From: Tricharina praecox
Taxonomy: Eukaryota
Assembly: GCF_024521635.1 (NCBI RefSeq)
Contig: NW_026250415.1
Coordinates: 310,001 to 374,000 of the forward strand
Direction: 5' to 3'
Length of the DNA: 64,000 nt
The notes beneath the pieces were generated by a model, which saw nothing but the letters and a program-made list of their open reading frames with translations, was not told the origin of the DNA and ran no database searches. Below, one piece after another: positions 10,775 to 25,028 of this stretch (within the stretch, counting starts at the first letter, position 1; each line of letters begins with the position of its first letter). Position numbers and translations under genes: made by a program.

Positions 10775-13700
10775 ATGTCTGTGAAGGAATCACAGGCGTA
10801 TGACCTGCTGGAACTCGTCCGCGGCCAGGGCGGTGAGCCAGCCCGCTCGCTTTCTTCCTCAGTCCAGTCCGCGCATGAGCTGGGTCGCTGACAGACAGCC
10901 ACCATAGATGTTGACAAAAAGATCGCCGAGTTCGCGACGGTAAAGGCTCTCGTCAAGCACAATACAGTTCACGTATGTCGTCGTGTCCATTCTTTGTCGC
11001 GTCGAGTTTGGTTGCACGGAAAGGAGGAGGGGGGGAGAGGGGGGCCAAGGTTGGCTAACGGGTGCGCTTTTTTTCCTTCGCGCAGGCCGCCTCCATAGAC
11101 GCTCTCTTCGAAGCGTGTCGCGTGGGCGCGATCTCACCCAACAGCACCCTTGGCGCACACGCCCTATCGTGTCTCGGACACCTGACGAAACGAGTATCGA
11201 TCCAGGACCCGTCGCGTTTGCGAGCGCATGCGCCGAGCACACTGCCACTGCTCATCGACAAGCTGGGGGATGTCAAGGAGCGGAACAAGACCGTTGCCTT
11301 GGCGGCGATCATCGATACGTACAAGCATTGCCCGCAGGAGGTCGAGAAGGCCATGAAGGAGTTGGGGTTCCCGAGCAAGAATGCCCGCGTGCGCCTGGAG
11401 TCGATAAGGTGGCTCGCTCAAACCAATGCTCTCAATCAGGCTTTTTCGTTCAAGTCGTACACGCCACTCCTGATCGGCATGCTTGAGGATCCGAATGAGC
11501 CGGTCCGTGAGGCGGCTAAGAATATCGTGGTGGAATTGTTCGCGTATGTCACCCCCGACGTCCCACCCCCCGGTTGCTGACCAATGGTTTCTGACGGCGG
11601 GTTCGTGAAATAGTTCTGCGCCGGAACACGCCAAATCGGACGTTAAGAGAGAGCTGCAGAAACGGGGCGTGAGGAAGGGAATTGCAAACTACATCGTCTC
11701 GCAACTCGGCATTCCCGGCGGTGCGCCTGAGGTTCTTTTACAAGATGGCCAAGAGGAAGAGGCGGCTCCATCTAGTGCCGGCGGACGCGGCGCGGCGGCG
11801 AGCATCAGTGGTAGCATGGCATCCTCGACATACGTGATGAGCCTGCCTGGGGCTGAACTCGAGGAACTGCCACCCATGTACGTCAACACGAACCGGGAGT
11901 TGGAGGACATCTTTGATGGCATGATTCCACCGTTCGAAGGCAAGGAGTCCGAGCATAACTGGGTAGCGAGAGAGGGCAACGTCCTGCAGATGCGGAAGAT
12001 GTTGAGAGGAAACGCATATCGGGACTTCCAGATCACGTTCCTGGCTCGAATCAAGTCGTTACTGGACGGAATCCTGAAAACGTTCAACTCGCTGCGAACT
12101 ACGACCTCGACCATGGGAGGTCAGTTCATCAAGGATCTGGCCATCATCGCGGGTCCGGGCATCGATAACATGGTGGAGATTCTCTTGGTCAATGTCCTCA
12201 AGCAGTGTGCGAACACCAAGAAATTGACGTCGCAGCTCGCAAACCTGGTGGCGTCTACGCTCTTGGCCAACGTCTCGTACCATCCGAAACTGCTTCAGCA
12301 TGTGTGGAATGCGTGCCAGGACAAGAATGTGCAGCCCAGATCCTATGCCCCAGGGTGGATCGCGGTTCTGCTCGAGACCCATATCGACCACAAGGCGCAC
12401 ATCGAACGTTCAGAGGGTGTTGAGACCTTGGTGAAGTGCGTCAAGCGAGGTCTGGCTGATGCCAATCCTGGTGTAAGAGAGAACATGAGGAAGACATACT
12501 GGAAGTTTGGTGCGATATGGCCCGATCACGCCCATGCGTAAGTATCCTCCGCTCTGGTTCTCGTACGGATAACGTGCTGACCTCCGTACAGTTTGATCGA
12601 AGGCCTCGATGGTGCCTCCAGAAAGCTGTTGGAGAAGACCAACCCTGATGCTGCTGCCCAACCTAAAGGCGGCGCCTCTACCCTTCGCCCACCTCCGGGC
12701 GGTCGGAGTGCCACTGCACCTGCCCGTCCTTCCATCAGAGACGCAATTCTTGCCCAGAAGAAGAGCAAAGGAAACCTCAAGTCCCAGATGACCTCTGCAG
12801 AGGTTGCCAGCCGAGCCATCTCGCCGCCACCTGCAGGACCTACCGGGTTGGCTTCCGCTCCTGTACGCAGGCCCCACATGAAAGCTAGACCAGCGACAGC
12901 GAATGACAATCAGGCGGCCCGTTCCGCGAGCCCAATTCCGGGTCGTGCGTCGCCGGCGCCGACGAGTGGTACGAGAATTAGATCAGGGACGTCACCCGCC
13001 CCGGGTTCTCCTCCTAGTGCGCGTGTCCGTGGAGCTACACCCGCCCGCGCTCAGAGTCCGCTCGTAACGGGTCCCCGGAAACTCACCGTCCTAGAACAGT
13101 TGAACAGCCCCGATTGGAAAGTTAGGGTTGAGGGAATCGTTGTGGTAGCCTGCATTCTCGCTAAGCGTTCACCGCCTGATTACGAAGGACAGAAGATGCC
13201 AACACTGCCTCCGAGTGATATCTTTGCGCCAACCCTGGCCAAGCTGTTTAACGATCCCCAGTCTGAGGTTGTCGAACATTTGGTTGCCCCTGAGGTCCTA
13301 GCGGAACTTGCGAAGGTAGTGCCAATGGAGCAGATTATCCCGAAGGTCCTTCTGCTCAGTGAAGGGGATGACGAACAGCATGCCCAGCCAATCAATGCCT
13401 CAACGATGCCCGCCTTGAAGCAGCTTATGACGGATGTAGAGGCTACAGACTTGCTCCTGAAAATAATCCAGGGAATGAACTCTTCAGGTGTGCTCACGAA
13501 GAAGCTGGTACCCGGATCATTCACGCCAACACAGAAGCGGAAGATCACTCATGGTAGTCTCATCTGGATGAACGAGCTTGCCGAAAGATGTGTCAGTGGA
13601 ATACCAAATGTGTTTTTCACCGACAGAACCAGCTACAAGCAGATCCTCAACCGCTTCGTTCAGATGATGTCCACCATGAAGCCGCCGAATACCCAGATGC

Positions 13701-15047
13701 TGACCACCCTGTTGAAAAACCTGCAACGTCTGGACGAGGAGACGTTCAACAAGACGCTCGCCACGTACGAACCGGCGATTGCGAAGGAGCTCCGAAGGGC
13801 GTGGGGACTCAACGTCGAGGAGGATGAGTCGATCATCGTCGAGGAAAAGGTGGCCGATGTCGAGCAGGTGTTGGGATCTGTTCCTGAGGTTGGAGGAGCG
13901 GTGCCCAGGTCGCGTCCCGAAAGTGTTCATGTCCCACCTGCGCCACGACCTCTCACGCCGCCGCCGTTGTCTGCCGGTGCCGAGGAGGGCCTCAAGGATC
14001 TTCCCGCACTGCCGGCTTCTCCGGAAGCTTCAAATGACCGGAGAGGTCGCCAGGACGAAAACCCCGCCATCAAGGTCTACCAGGACCCAGTCATCGAGTC
14101 TAATGGTGCTGTCGCCACTACCGCCCCGCTCGAGCGTAGCACGCTGGCCACCAACAAGGAGTGGCAGAACTACGGAAAGCTGAATACGTCGGCCAACTCT
14201 CCGAAATCATCTGGAGATTCTGGAAGATTGCTGCAGTCTCTCATCGTGAAACTGCAGAATCGTGACATGGATACCCAAGCTTTCAGGAAACTTATTGGTG
14301 TTGCACGCGAGAACCCGGTCAGGGAACCGCTACAGGAAGCGAACCACGATGGTGCGCATGATATCTGGCAGGGAGGGTCGGTGTTTAGGGAGCTTCTTGT
14401 GACGCTGCTCGAGTACCTCATGGCCGAAGACATTGAGCCCTCGAGAGCGACCGATCTCAGGGTCCAAGGCCTGCTGGTTCTCAAGCAGCTGCTATCGAAG
14501 GCCGCGCCCTACTTTGACCGGCACGAGGCCGAGATCCTGACTACGCTCATTTCGCTGCGCGGTAAATACCCACAACACTCGCAGATCACCACGGCCATCG
14601 AAGAGATATCCGAGGAGTACTTAATGGTGGCCGACCCAAAGGTTGGAATCACGGCGATCTTGGACCTCAACCTGCCCGCCAGCAAGCCGACGTATAGACC
14701 GGCGACGCAGAGCTGGTGCATGAGCCTGCAATGCCTAGCTGCTCTCGTCGGTGCGTCGAAGTCGTCAGCACTCGAACCGCAGTACATGCGGCTAGGCCAG
14801 TTGGCTCTTAAGGTATTCCGTCCTGCTTTCCGTCGTATATTGGCAGTCTTACTGACAGATGTGATGTTAGTCGCTCAACGATGATGACTCGGAAATCCGC
14901 CGGTCGTGCGTGACGATGTGTATCGAGATGCATAGCAAGCTCAACGACGACGAGAGACTGTTCGACGAGATCCTCAAGGGGATGAAGTCGGGGCATCAGA
15001 ACTTGCTCGCGTACTACTTTACGAGGAGAGAGACGGAGAGACAATAA
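10775..15047 (+). CDS. STU1: CLASP/Stu1 microtubule-associated protein (TOG-like HEAT repeats), multi-exon
   Basis: LPLLIDKLGDVKER, FEGKESEHNWVARE, SLRTT, CANTKK, CQDKNVQPR, KRGLADANPGVRENMRKTYW; C-terminal D-SEIRRSC...QNLLAYY. ORF pieces are joined by canonical introns. Confidence 0.92.
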
Positions 15048-15630
15048 CAGCAACTGGTTTTCTCTTTTCTTCCACACTAACTTAGGCGCTTCTTTTCTTT
15101 TCTATTCTTTTTTCTTCTCTGTGCATTCTTTGTGGTTTTGTATTGCAAATCCCTGCTGTGGGGAGTTTTAGGTATACCTTTTTTTGTCTGGATTGTTTTT
15201 TTTTTTTTTTTTATGTTTTCTCGTCGTTTGCAGTTTGGCTTGTGATCAAAAGTGGGGATTACCTATTGGATTAGTATCGTTGTAATTGAATTTGAGAGGG
15301 TTTGTTTCTGTTTTGCGTGTTGCGCTTTGTGGTCTGCTTTGTTGTGTACTTAGGTTACCTATCGTAGGTAAGTTGGAAAGTGAAAGTTTTCATGCTCTGG
15401 TTGGTTCTGGATGTGTGAGGAATGACTGAATTCACCGTGAGATTCCAAGACTCGTCAATCGCGACAGAGGTGATACCCCATGAAGTTACCCTCCCCTCAC
15501 GTTCCCGAAAACCCCACACAACAGGCCTAGTCCGGCCCGTCTACGTCCGTCCGTCTACGTCAACCACCGCACCACCGGAAACGCCCAACACCACACTCCC
15601 ACCCCACAGCATACTCACACGCAACACACA

Positions 15631-16132
15631 ATGGTACGCCCCCCTCCCCTTCCCCCTCCATCTACCTCGCTAACACCCCCAGGGCGGCGGCGGTAAAATT
15701 CCGTAGTTCACCCCCTCCTCCCCGTCCCCTCCCCCTCCCAGCTCCCCCGCCTATCGCTCACACACGGAACAGCTACCCACCCCACGTCTGGTCTCCATCA
15801 GGAGGCTGGTACGGCCAGCCCAAGAACTGGCGCGCCAACACGGCGGTCATGGCGCTCGTCATCGTCGGCTTCACGGCTATGGCCTGGAAGGCGTCTGCCA
15901 ACCTCGAGGAGCGCTCAAGGATGCCGGATCCGGACAGGGTCTTTCCTAGTCGGAGTGAGTTCTCCTTCTCCAGTGGGGCGGGGGTGAAGGGGGGGTGGAG
16001 GGGGTGGGGGGGGATGGGGGAGACAAAGGGAGAGAGATGCGGGTGGACTGGGGCTAATGCGTGTGCGTGCCGACAGACTGGAGCAGGCAGATAATCGAGT
16101 TCGAGAAGGCGAAGCGCGAGGCTCAGGAATAG
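15631..16132 (+). CDS. Mitochondrial complex I accessory subunit, NDUFB2/AGGG (NIGM)-like, about 86 aa; 4 exons, the first coding exon is only the ATG
   Basis: Spliced product M|GGGGKIP|YPPHVWSPSGGWYGQPKNWRANTAVMALVIVGFTAMAWKASANLEERSRMPDPDRVFPSR|NWSRQIIEFEKAKREAQE*. It has one TM helix and the conserved WSP-GGW-QP-NW motif. Confidence 0.75.
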
Positions 16133-16706
16133 AGGGTAAGGGAGGGGGGAATGCTACGGGCTACAAGGATTGGGTAGACCGGTGAATACCGCATGCGGGG
16201 GATGGAATACTACACTGCGATGATTCATGGAATATGCGCTGCTACGATTGGAACTTGGTGACTGAGTGCTTGGACAAACTGGTAACGGGGTGTATGGAGG
16301 CTGGAGGTGAAATTACAATCGCGTGCTACTTCAAGATCCGGATATACCGAGTGATGTAGGGTGATAGAGAGTCACGCCGCCGCCGCAATTTCGATAATGC
16401 AGCGAGCGACCACGCTCTCGAGTTCTCCTTTCCTCTTATCACGCGTATGTACATGGCGGCGCCCTTGATTACTAGCCAGCAGCGTTGCCTGCCCTATCTC
16501 CATATCATCGGTGCCTCCCAGATATTCGGAGCCGGAGCGGGCAGGTGTGAGGATATTCCAGATCCCTGCCGCCTTCTCTATCGGGAAACATGTGGGATAT
16601 CATGACGGAGTCCGCCGCTGCCCCACGGGCACAACAAATAAATGCATAAATATCATGACGTCCAACGCCCTTCCTCCAGCGTGTTCGCCCCAATTCATTT
16701 CCAGCC

Positions 16707-17740
16707 ATGAAGCCCACCCTCCTCCTCCCGCTCCTCTTCACCGCCGTGCACGGCTGGGGAACACTGGGCCACCAAACAGTAGCGCTGCTGTCGCAGCAAT
16801 ACCTTCTCCCACGGACCATCTCGAGTGTGCAAAGCCTGCTGAACGACACTTCGTCTACGTACCTGGGCAACATCGCGCTGTGGGCGGACAGCTACCGCCG
16901 CGAAGTCGGCGGCGAGTTCTCGGCTGCGTTCCATTTCGTCAATGGAGATGATGCGCCGCCCCCAGAGAGCTGCGAGATCATCCTCCCGCAGGATTGTCCG
17001 GATGGGGGGTGTGTTGTCAGCGCTATTGCGAATTACGTGAGTGAAGAGGATGCTGTCTTTGCATTGGGGGGAGGGGAAGGCTGACGGGTAGTTATGTACG
17101 AATAGACGGAGCGACTCAAGGACCAGCACCTCACGACCACGGAGCGGCAGCAAGCGCTGAAGTTCGTCGTGCACGTAAGCCGCCCTCATGTCACCCATCC
17201 CACACCCCCTCGGAGCATACTGACCCCCACCAGTTCCTAGGCGACATAGCGCAGCCGTTGCACACCGAAGCTTTCGGCGCAGGAGCCAACAACATCAGCG
17301 TGACGTTCTGGGGGTACACGACGAACCTTCACGCGGCGTGGGACACGTCGATTCCGAACGCGATGTTAGGTCTCGCGCCGACCGCCGCCATCACCACGGG
17401 CGACAGTCTCGGCTGGGCGAACGGCCTGGCGGCCGCAATTAACGCCGGGAAGTATAGGCGCCTCGTGAAAGGGTGGCTTAAGTACCATGATGTGCAATCT
17501 CCGAAGGCGGAGGAGAAGGCCGCTGCCGCCTGGGCGAACGAGAGTAATGATCATGTCTGCGATTATGCCATAGTTAGGGGAGGAGATGCGTATAATGGCA
17601 CTGAGATCGGGGGAGAGTATTATGATGGCGCCAGGGAGATCGTACAGGTCAGTGTGGCTAAGGCGGGGGTCAGGTTGGCGGCTTGGTTGAATCTGGTTTT
17701 TGCGGGCGAGACGGGGTTTGAAGGGTCTTGCAGGAGTTAG
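16707..17740 (+). CDS. Secreted S1/P1 nuclease (3 exons)
   Basis: Signal peptide followed by mature N-terminus WGTLGH; WADSYR; FHFVN; GCVVSAIANY; ALKFVVH|FLGDIAQPLH; NLHAAWD; AGVRLAAWLN. These include the tri-zinc ligand motifs. Confidence 0.95.
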
Positions 17741-19688
17741 TTACTGCTAGATGTAATTGTACGGAGTACCTAATCGACTCGCTGTTATGTGTGTGTGTGT
17801 AATACCATCAGGTTGATTTGCGCTCGAGTTTACCCCCGCTACATGTCCACCGGCTGGTTGTGAATCTGTTGCGAATTTGACCCAATCCAAATCGGAGCAG
17901 ACATGTTGGCAGCGAGTGATATCAAAGGCATCCGAGCGGACTCGAATGAAACACCCCCCAACACCGCCTGTATCGCTAGGTAAAGTCCCCCAACCTACGC
18001 TGTATCTCCGAGCATCAAATGCAAACCCCCATCGCTCGCAGGGCACACATGGGGGCACACGGGCGTACGCGGCTCTACGATCTCCACATCCGCATCCGCT
18101 ACAGCACTGTTGCCCGCATCACCGAGGATTTGAAGTATGTACATACTGGGAGGACACAGCGATAGGGACAGTTCGAGCAACTAGACACCAGCGGCGGTGA
18201 TGGATTTCCCCGCGCACACGCACTGGACCACTGGCACTCTCCAATCGGCGCTCTCCAATCGGCGCATTCCCCTGCTGATGCCCATGCCCATGCTCATGCA
18301 CCACCAGCAACCGCAACAGATCTACCCACTAGTACAGCCCCTACAGCCGCTTCGGCCGTTGCAGCCTATAGCCTGTAGCCTGTAGGAGGGGGAGATAACC
18401 GCCAGGCGCCTACCAAGTATGTAGTTACGCGGCTGCGGCGCCGCGACCGCCATCTTCGCACCACCTGCACCACAATCCAAGTTCACTATTCTCACGGATG
18501 AAAGCTGAAACAGCGAGCAACAGCTCTTTACTGTTTACACAGGAAGTATGTACTTAAGTAGATACCTAGGTAGTGTCGATGGGCGGTGCGGAAGTATGAT
18601 CGTACGGACGGAAGGTACTAGTGGAGAGGGAGAAGGAAACAAGAGGTTGAATTGACTGAGTACTTGGTTGAGAAACAAAAGAGCGGACAACATAGACGGT
18701 TTATATACGGCGAGAAAACAAGAAATGCAGTACTATACTGGACGACACCTGTCCTCCCAAATCCCTAGCTTTTCCCTTCCCTCATTGCAAATAACCGTTG
18801 CGCATACCATTGCGAATGTCCATTGCGTGTCCTACTTTTCCCACATTACATGCCCTAGCTTTTGAATTCGCCAGGCTGTGACGACGTAACTTTCTCCAGG
18901 TAGGACGCCACTGGACCACTGAGCCACTGGACCACTGGGTGTTTTCGAATTACTGTGCAATCGCCATCGTGTGATCGCCATTGTAGGAATGCCAGCCAGC
19001 AGTGAAGAAAGCGAGCGGAAAAGGAAGAAAAGAAAGAAAAAACAGAAGGAAAAGAACTTAGAAAAGAGCTGGATCCAAAACTGGGTTGGGTTTGGTTTGG
19101 TGGATGGGACGGCAACTATGTAAGTAGGAGGTAGGTACGTCAGCGATGATGCCGCACTACTCGTATACATAGGGAGCGAGAGTTCATACCCCCGCAGTGG
19201 AAAAGTGTGTTGTGCCGTATGTAGAATACGTGGCCTCGTCGACCAGCGAAGTTTCAACTTTCGAGAAGAAGTTTCCCCCCTCTGCAGTGGCTGGCACGCT
19301 ACCATCCATAGAGAGGATGATTTCAGCGAAAATCGTGCAAGTACTTCACTACAGTGGTATGTAGATGTTCTAGGAAGAAGCCAATCAATTAAACTACCTA
19401 GCTACTTTTACTAACTACATAACAAAAGCAGTGCAGTTTTTTATCCAGAATTTTTCCCTTTTCCCCGCCGACAAGACCAAAACAAAACAAAACAAAACAC
19501 AAAAACCAGCATAAAACAGCATTCAATCACACAACAATCTAATAAGTAGCAAGACACACTGGCGTTCCAAGCAGGGCATGGGCTAACAAAAGAATGTGAT
19601 AACCCCGGACAATGATAAGAGGGGGTATAGGCTGAGCAGACTCCACAGGAGGATGAATCAAAAAAACAATAGTCTACTTGCGTGAGCC

Positions 19689-22600
19689 CTAACATGTAAT
19701 CATAACGAAAGCAAAAAGAAAGCAAAAAGAAAGCAGCAACAAACTCGAAACCTTCCCAGAGCACTGGAACCATAGGCCGAGACTGCGACCCGAGCTATTT
19801 AGACCTGTGCATAGAGCATATCTTGACGGTGGGTTAGCATACGACCGAGGAGCAGATTGCCGGTCACTAGGGATCACTTACTTCCTATAACCGCCAGATA
19901 CCAACTCAACGATGCACCGTTGTCCAAGTCAGGGGGACCGAAATAATGCGTAGTGAAGTAATCCCAGGCGGCCTGCGGGTCGACAATAGCGTAGTTGGCC
20001 ATGAGAACGGCCTTCCATCCCCCATCCGCCTTAAGGTAACGGCCGTCGGAGAAGAACGAGTCCCACTCGAGCTTGACATATTCGGGTGACCGCATGTACG
20101 GCAGAACGGGGGTGAACGGAAGCATGTGGATTCTGGTGGAACGGTGTCAGCGGCGAGGCTCGGAGCAAAGCGGGGACGGTGGGCAGAAACTCACCCGTGG
20201 ATGTACTCCGGGTTCATGCCGAAATAAGTTACGCAGTCAACCTTGTTCTCAAAGAGCTAGGACGGAGACACGTCATCAATACTGACCGGTTGAATAGCGA
20301 CCGGTAGTGGTGGTGAACATGGGGGGTTACTTACAATTCCCGTGACCCTGTTCCCGATGAATGCTGCCGGGTGTGTGGTGTTGGATGGCATGATGTACAT
20401 GTACTCGTTGATCGACCTGTGCATTACACCCAGCATCAATGTCCCTCGGGCTTCCATTGCGGCGTCGCCGCTAACCATTCCCCACATCTTCATGGCCCAG
20501 GCAAAGTTGTAGTCCTCAGACGAGGACTCCTCGTCTTTGCCATCACCGCTCGGAAACAGGCCCTTCGCCCACGAGTGCCCGTGATACCAATCAAAAGCTC
20601 GGGACACAGGAAAATAGGGGTCCAGAGCGCTAGGATTAGCGACGTCTCTGACAAGGCTGTTCACCCAGTCTCTGTTCTGCTCGAGGAACTGCGAGCGACC
20701 GTACATGATGTTTTCGGCTCTGACGATGCAAGCAGCGCCAAGGATGAAATATCCGTAATGGAATTGGTGATCGTTGTAGTGAGAGTTGCCAAAGTCCACG
20801 CCAGGATCGCCAGTCGCCCAAATCGACGACGAAATGAGACCCTTCCACTTGGTGTCGTAGACGAGCGGATGCTTCTGTTTGTTTTGAGTGAACCTAGAGA
20901 CGGCCTCCTTGATGTCTCTGATTCCTTGGGCCGCGAGTTCGGGCATCGTCCCCACCATGGCCGCAAGCATAACGATCTGGTGAGCGGTTAGTGTCAGAAA
21001 AAAAGAAGAAAAAAACATCCAAGAACGCAAATGATTCACCTGTGAGAACTTTCCAATACTTTTACCAGCAAAGTACATCGAGTCAAGGTCGGTGGCGGCA
21101 GACATGTTCGCTTGCAGCTCCTTGGAAGCGGCTTGTGCGACTGCTTGACTCACAACGGGAGGCATGGTATCTCGATTGGGGAGCCATTTGAGGTCGACCG
21201 GAAGGTCTCTTTCTACAAGGTTCCAGGAGTTTCCAAAGATGCCAGTCATCATTCCCTTTGTCGGGGAGCGAATCTTCAATGCGGTTGCTCCAGCACGCGT
21301 GGCATTATCGAACGAATCCATATGATGCTTCAAGGCGAACATCAACAGCTTACCGGCTTTGTTGGTGCCTTGTTTGGCCCAGGTGAAGCCATAGGACCCG
21401 ACGGTCCCATTGACCGAGCCGCTGAGCCTGGCGGCTACCGGGAAAGCACCAGCAGCAGAATCGATCAGATCCTCCTCGATCTTTGGGATGACCGAGAAAA
21501 TGTCCTTCGAATCGGTCGGGACCTTGGCTACCTGCATGTAGCCGCTATACGGTCCCGGGGCGGTGAGGTATATACCTCCAGCGGACTTGGGAACTATGGT
21601 GAGCTTAGGAGAGCCCGGATCGGCCCATGCATAGAGGAACCACTCGGTGAAGCCTTCCATCGCGATCCTGAACTTTTGCATGCCAGGACGTGGGGTCTCG
21701 GCGTATTCGGTGACCTCCCTAAAGATAACTGCGGACCTGACGGTCGGCACCAAGTTGTCGTACCGAGCGGTGACGAGTCCCATTCCCTGGACCAGAGGGA
21801 AGGTGATCTTGTGGGATTCGTTGCCGTACTTGGCTCTGTCCTCGTGGATGTTGAGGTTGACACTTAGCTTTTCAGTCGAATCGGCAGTGATGGACGCGGT
21901 TCCGTTCTTGAACTCCTTGGCCCCGAAGACGAAGTACCGGTGGCTGGGCGAGTTGATGTAATACTGAACAGGGTCCGCATTGGGATTCGGGCCGAGGGTT
22001 ACATGTTCAGCGGAGGGATGCGAAACTATCATTCCAAGCCAACCGTACTCATTCACGTAACGTAAAAAGTATGGGAGGGTCCACGTCGGCTCATGCTGCG
22101 TCGCGATCAACAGGTTGGTGTAGAAACTAGCCGATATCAGCAAGAAGAATTTCCGTTATCGGCTGTTGCACGTACAGATTTGTCCCGACCGGATGGCTCG
22201 GATCATCTAGGACGTTGTCTCGGGAAACCGGGTGGGTACCGTTTCTGGGGAACACGGCCAGTGGGGGCGCTCGGCTGATTGGCTGGCTAAAGATATCGGC
22301 CATTCCGTTGTGAGTTCCGTTGTTAGTTTCGTAGATGTACGTTCGGTTTCGAAATGAACCGGTAAAATTATAATACGGTCGGTACTCGCTAACGTTGTAC
22401 GCCGCTGCGTACTCGCTAAGGTCGATTAACCTTGGATACTCGTTGACGATGGTTCCGTCCACAGGCGGTCCTAGTACAAGCAGGAGAGTTAGGAATCATT
22501 CCAGAGAGAGAAGCGAAGTTTGTCCGAGAACAGTCCCACGCGGTGAGGGTCAATAATGTGAATATGAAGAAGGGGGAGGATAGGGGAGTTTACTTGGGAC

Positions 22601-22746
22601 TGCGAGGTAGGCAGAGTTAGCATGATATCAGGAGGAATAGGAGAAAAGGAAAGGGAAGATGACTTACCACCGAGGGCAAACTGTGCGTTGGTGACCAGTA
22701 GCGACAACATAAGACCGCTGATACTGGGATAATATTTCCCCATCAT
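19689..22746 (-). CDS. Secreted GH81 endo-1,3-beta-glucanase (Eng1/Acf2-like), multi-exon, with a hydrophobic C-terminal tail
   Basis: Signal peptide; FPLVQGMG; DSMYFAGK; DFGNSHYNDHQFHYGYF; FDWYHGHSWAKGLFPSGDGKDEESSSED; LFENKVD; IHMLP; LDNGASLSWYL. The last exon 19804-19689 is inferred from a GTAAGT donor, GCTAAC branch and CAG acceptor. Confidence 0.92.
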
Positions 22747-25028
22747 GGCGGATTGGGGGGGCAAAGGGGGGGGGGATGATCGGTATAGGCTTTAGGAATT
22801 GAATCGAGAGCGATGAGTTGGTGGGGCAAGACGAGGAAATCACAGTGATTCTTATACAATTCTAGTTCTGTGTGGAAACATAGAGAGAGTATATCGTCTC
22901 CCGTAGAATAGCTCTAATGCGAGCCAGCCCTGAGCTCGCTCACGGCAAGACATGAGGACTATACCTTCTTGCATGGCGCGGCCCGACACTTTGTCCCTCA
23001 AGACGTAATGGAAGGTTATGGGAAGGAGGCTTGAAGCAGCTGAAATAGAGATTTTACCTACCGAAGTGTTTTGAGTGACGGTGATTGTGGTTGTGGTGGT
23101 GATGACGATGATGACGATGATTACTGGAGGGGTGCGTGTAGGGAGAGTCGATAAGGTTGAATAGAGGCGGTCCAGAACGAGTCAATCGGGGCTTTATAAA
23201 GTAGGAGCTAGAGTACGTACCCCCAGCAAGGGACCGCGTGAGGGGGGGAGGGGGCGGTTGTGGATGGAGAGGATGACTTGTTGTTTAGATGTGCGGTACG
23301 ACGTCGGATTAATGTTTGTTGACTGGGGATGGTTAGCAGCTGCCACTGGATCCCCAGATCGGCGTATTAGCGCGCATCATCTCAGGCCCTGCCAGGGCAG
23401 GCATGGGCGTCCACTCGGCCGTTGCTTGACCGGCGCGTGGTGCGGTCAGGGGACAGTCCAGCCCAATCGATGAATAAAAAAAAAGACGGCCCAGCCCCTC
23501 CCAACTGGCTGCTTCCGATTGATCTGGACGTAAGATAAGATAATACCTCTCGCGGCGTGCTGAACGAAAGCCGTCCATCAGAGGGAAACGCTCTACTGTA
23601 GAAACTCACATGGGAGACTTCCCTTTTAAGGCGGTACATCTTCCAGTCCGGTAATCTCCGCGCCTAATCGGGACTTTGGCAGATATTTACATTATGCTCA
23701 TACATAGCAAACAGGTCGCACTCGTGGGAAAGCCTACTCCATTGCTGGACAGGAAACGCGTCACCGGGAGGGGGCTGAAGAGAGATACTGCGTGGTGTAT
23801 GTTATTGTTATGGGGGATGGGTGACTGCCGTTATCGTCGTGAGGAGTTTTGCCCGAACAAGTACGCATGTACATACCGCAATCCACGTTTGGACCAAACG
23901 ATGCAATTACAACGGACCTTAACTATCCTGCGAATGCGCATGCGCACCAAGTCACGAGTCATGACTGCAACGCCATTGCTGGCGCGGCGGCCCCGCACCA
24001 AATCGATTGATGGACGGCGTCGGTGCATTAGGTATGTGGGTAGCCCGTATCCGTGGCCAGGCAAACTCAATATACGAGCCTTGGGGCTGGCCGCATGTCA
24101 GTATGTAGAGTAAGTAGAGTATGCACCCAACTTCGGGTTTGATAGCGGCTGTCGAAGACGTCACAGGATGGTGCAATGTACTTACTTGAGACTTGAATTA
24201 CTCGGAGTTTATGTCGAATACTTGGTTATGCATATTATTGGACCGTGGAGCCCAGAGTTCCATGTACTTATAGTTGGTCCTGCTGTCACCGGAGGGTGGT
24301 GCGTGCCTCTCCAGCACCGATGACCGTCCACCGCCGCGGCCGCGGCCGTACTTCTCCATTCGCTCCATCATGTGTGGGGTGAAACTCCGCCAACCACGCA
24401 CTTGACGAGCGATGTGAAATGCACTCGAGCGATGCGGAAGATCCACTTAACGAGCGATTCCAAAAACGCACTTACATCGCCGTGGCGGCAGTGAAGAAAC
24501 GCCGTCACTCCAGCCTCAACACGAGGCGAGAAAGTGAAGAAGCGAAATTTCCGCTGAGAGTCTGCTGACACCCGGTACCCAGACGAAAGTCCCCAAGCAT
24601 CCGGATGACTGGATTTCTCCGTGTTGGTTACACCCGCACCGTTGCTTACAACCGCGGTTTCCCCGAGATGGTGGAGGAAACATCGCGCCTGGTGGCGAGT
24701 CTCCAGGTAGCTAAGTAAGTACCCGTACCTATCTGCCCCAACACTGTACGATGTTCTGATATGAAGGAAATACCGTAATGCAGGTATGGGAGTAGTGAAT
24801 CATTCTACCGCCGCCGCCCCCTCTGATGTTGTCGTTCTCATATTCCGATTCCATCATTCGAAGTGGGGGCTAGGCTACCTACCTAATGTACCTAGGCAGC
24901 CACCGATAGCTATTCGTACAACATCTGTGCGTCATGTCCACCCTGCACCCCTCATCCCGGCGCAGCTTCCCCCGCATCCTCCAGATCCTCACTGTCTCCG
25001 AAAATACTTCAGACGAACAAGCCGAACC

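Noticed and set aside
18860-18942. Minus-strand CAGTGGCTCAGTGG resembling a tRNA A-box
   Set aside because: It is a short tandem duplication (GCCACTGGACCACTG x2). There is no GTTCRA B-box or cloverleaf.
23676-24600. Short ORFs with GTAAGT donor-like sites between GH81 and TatD
   Set aside because: No consistent spliced model or recognisable protein could be built.
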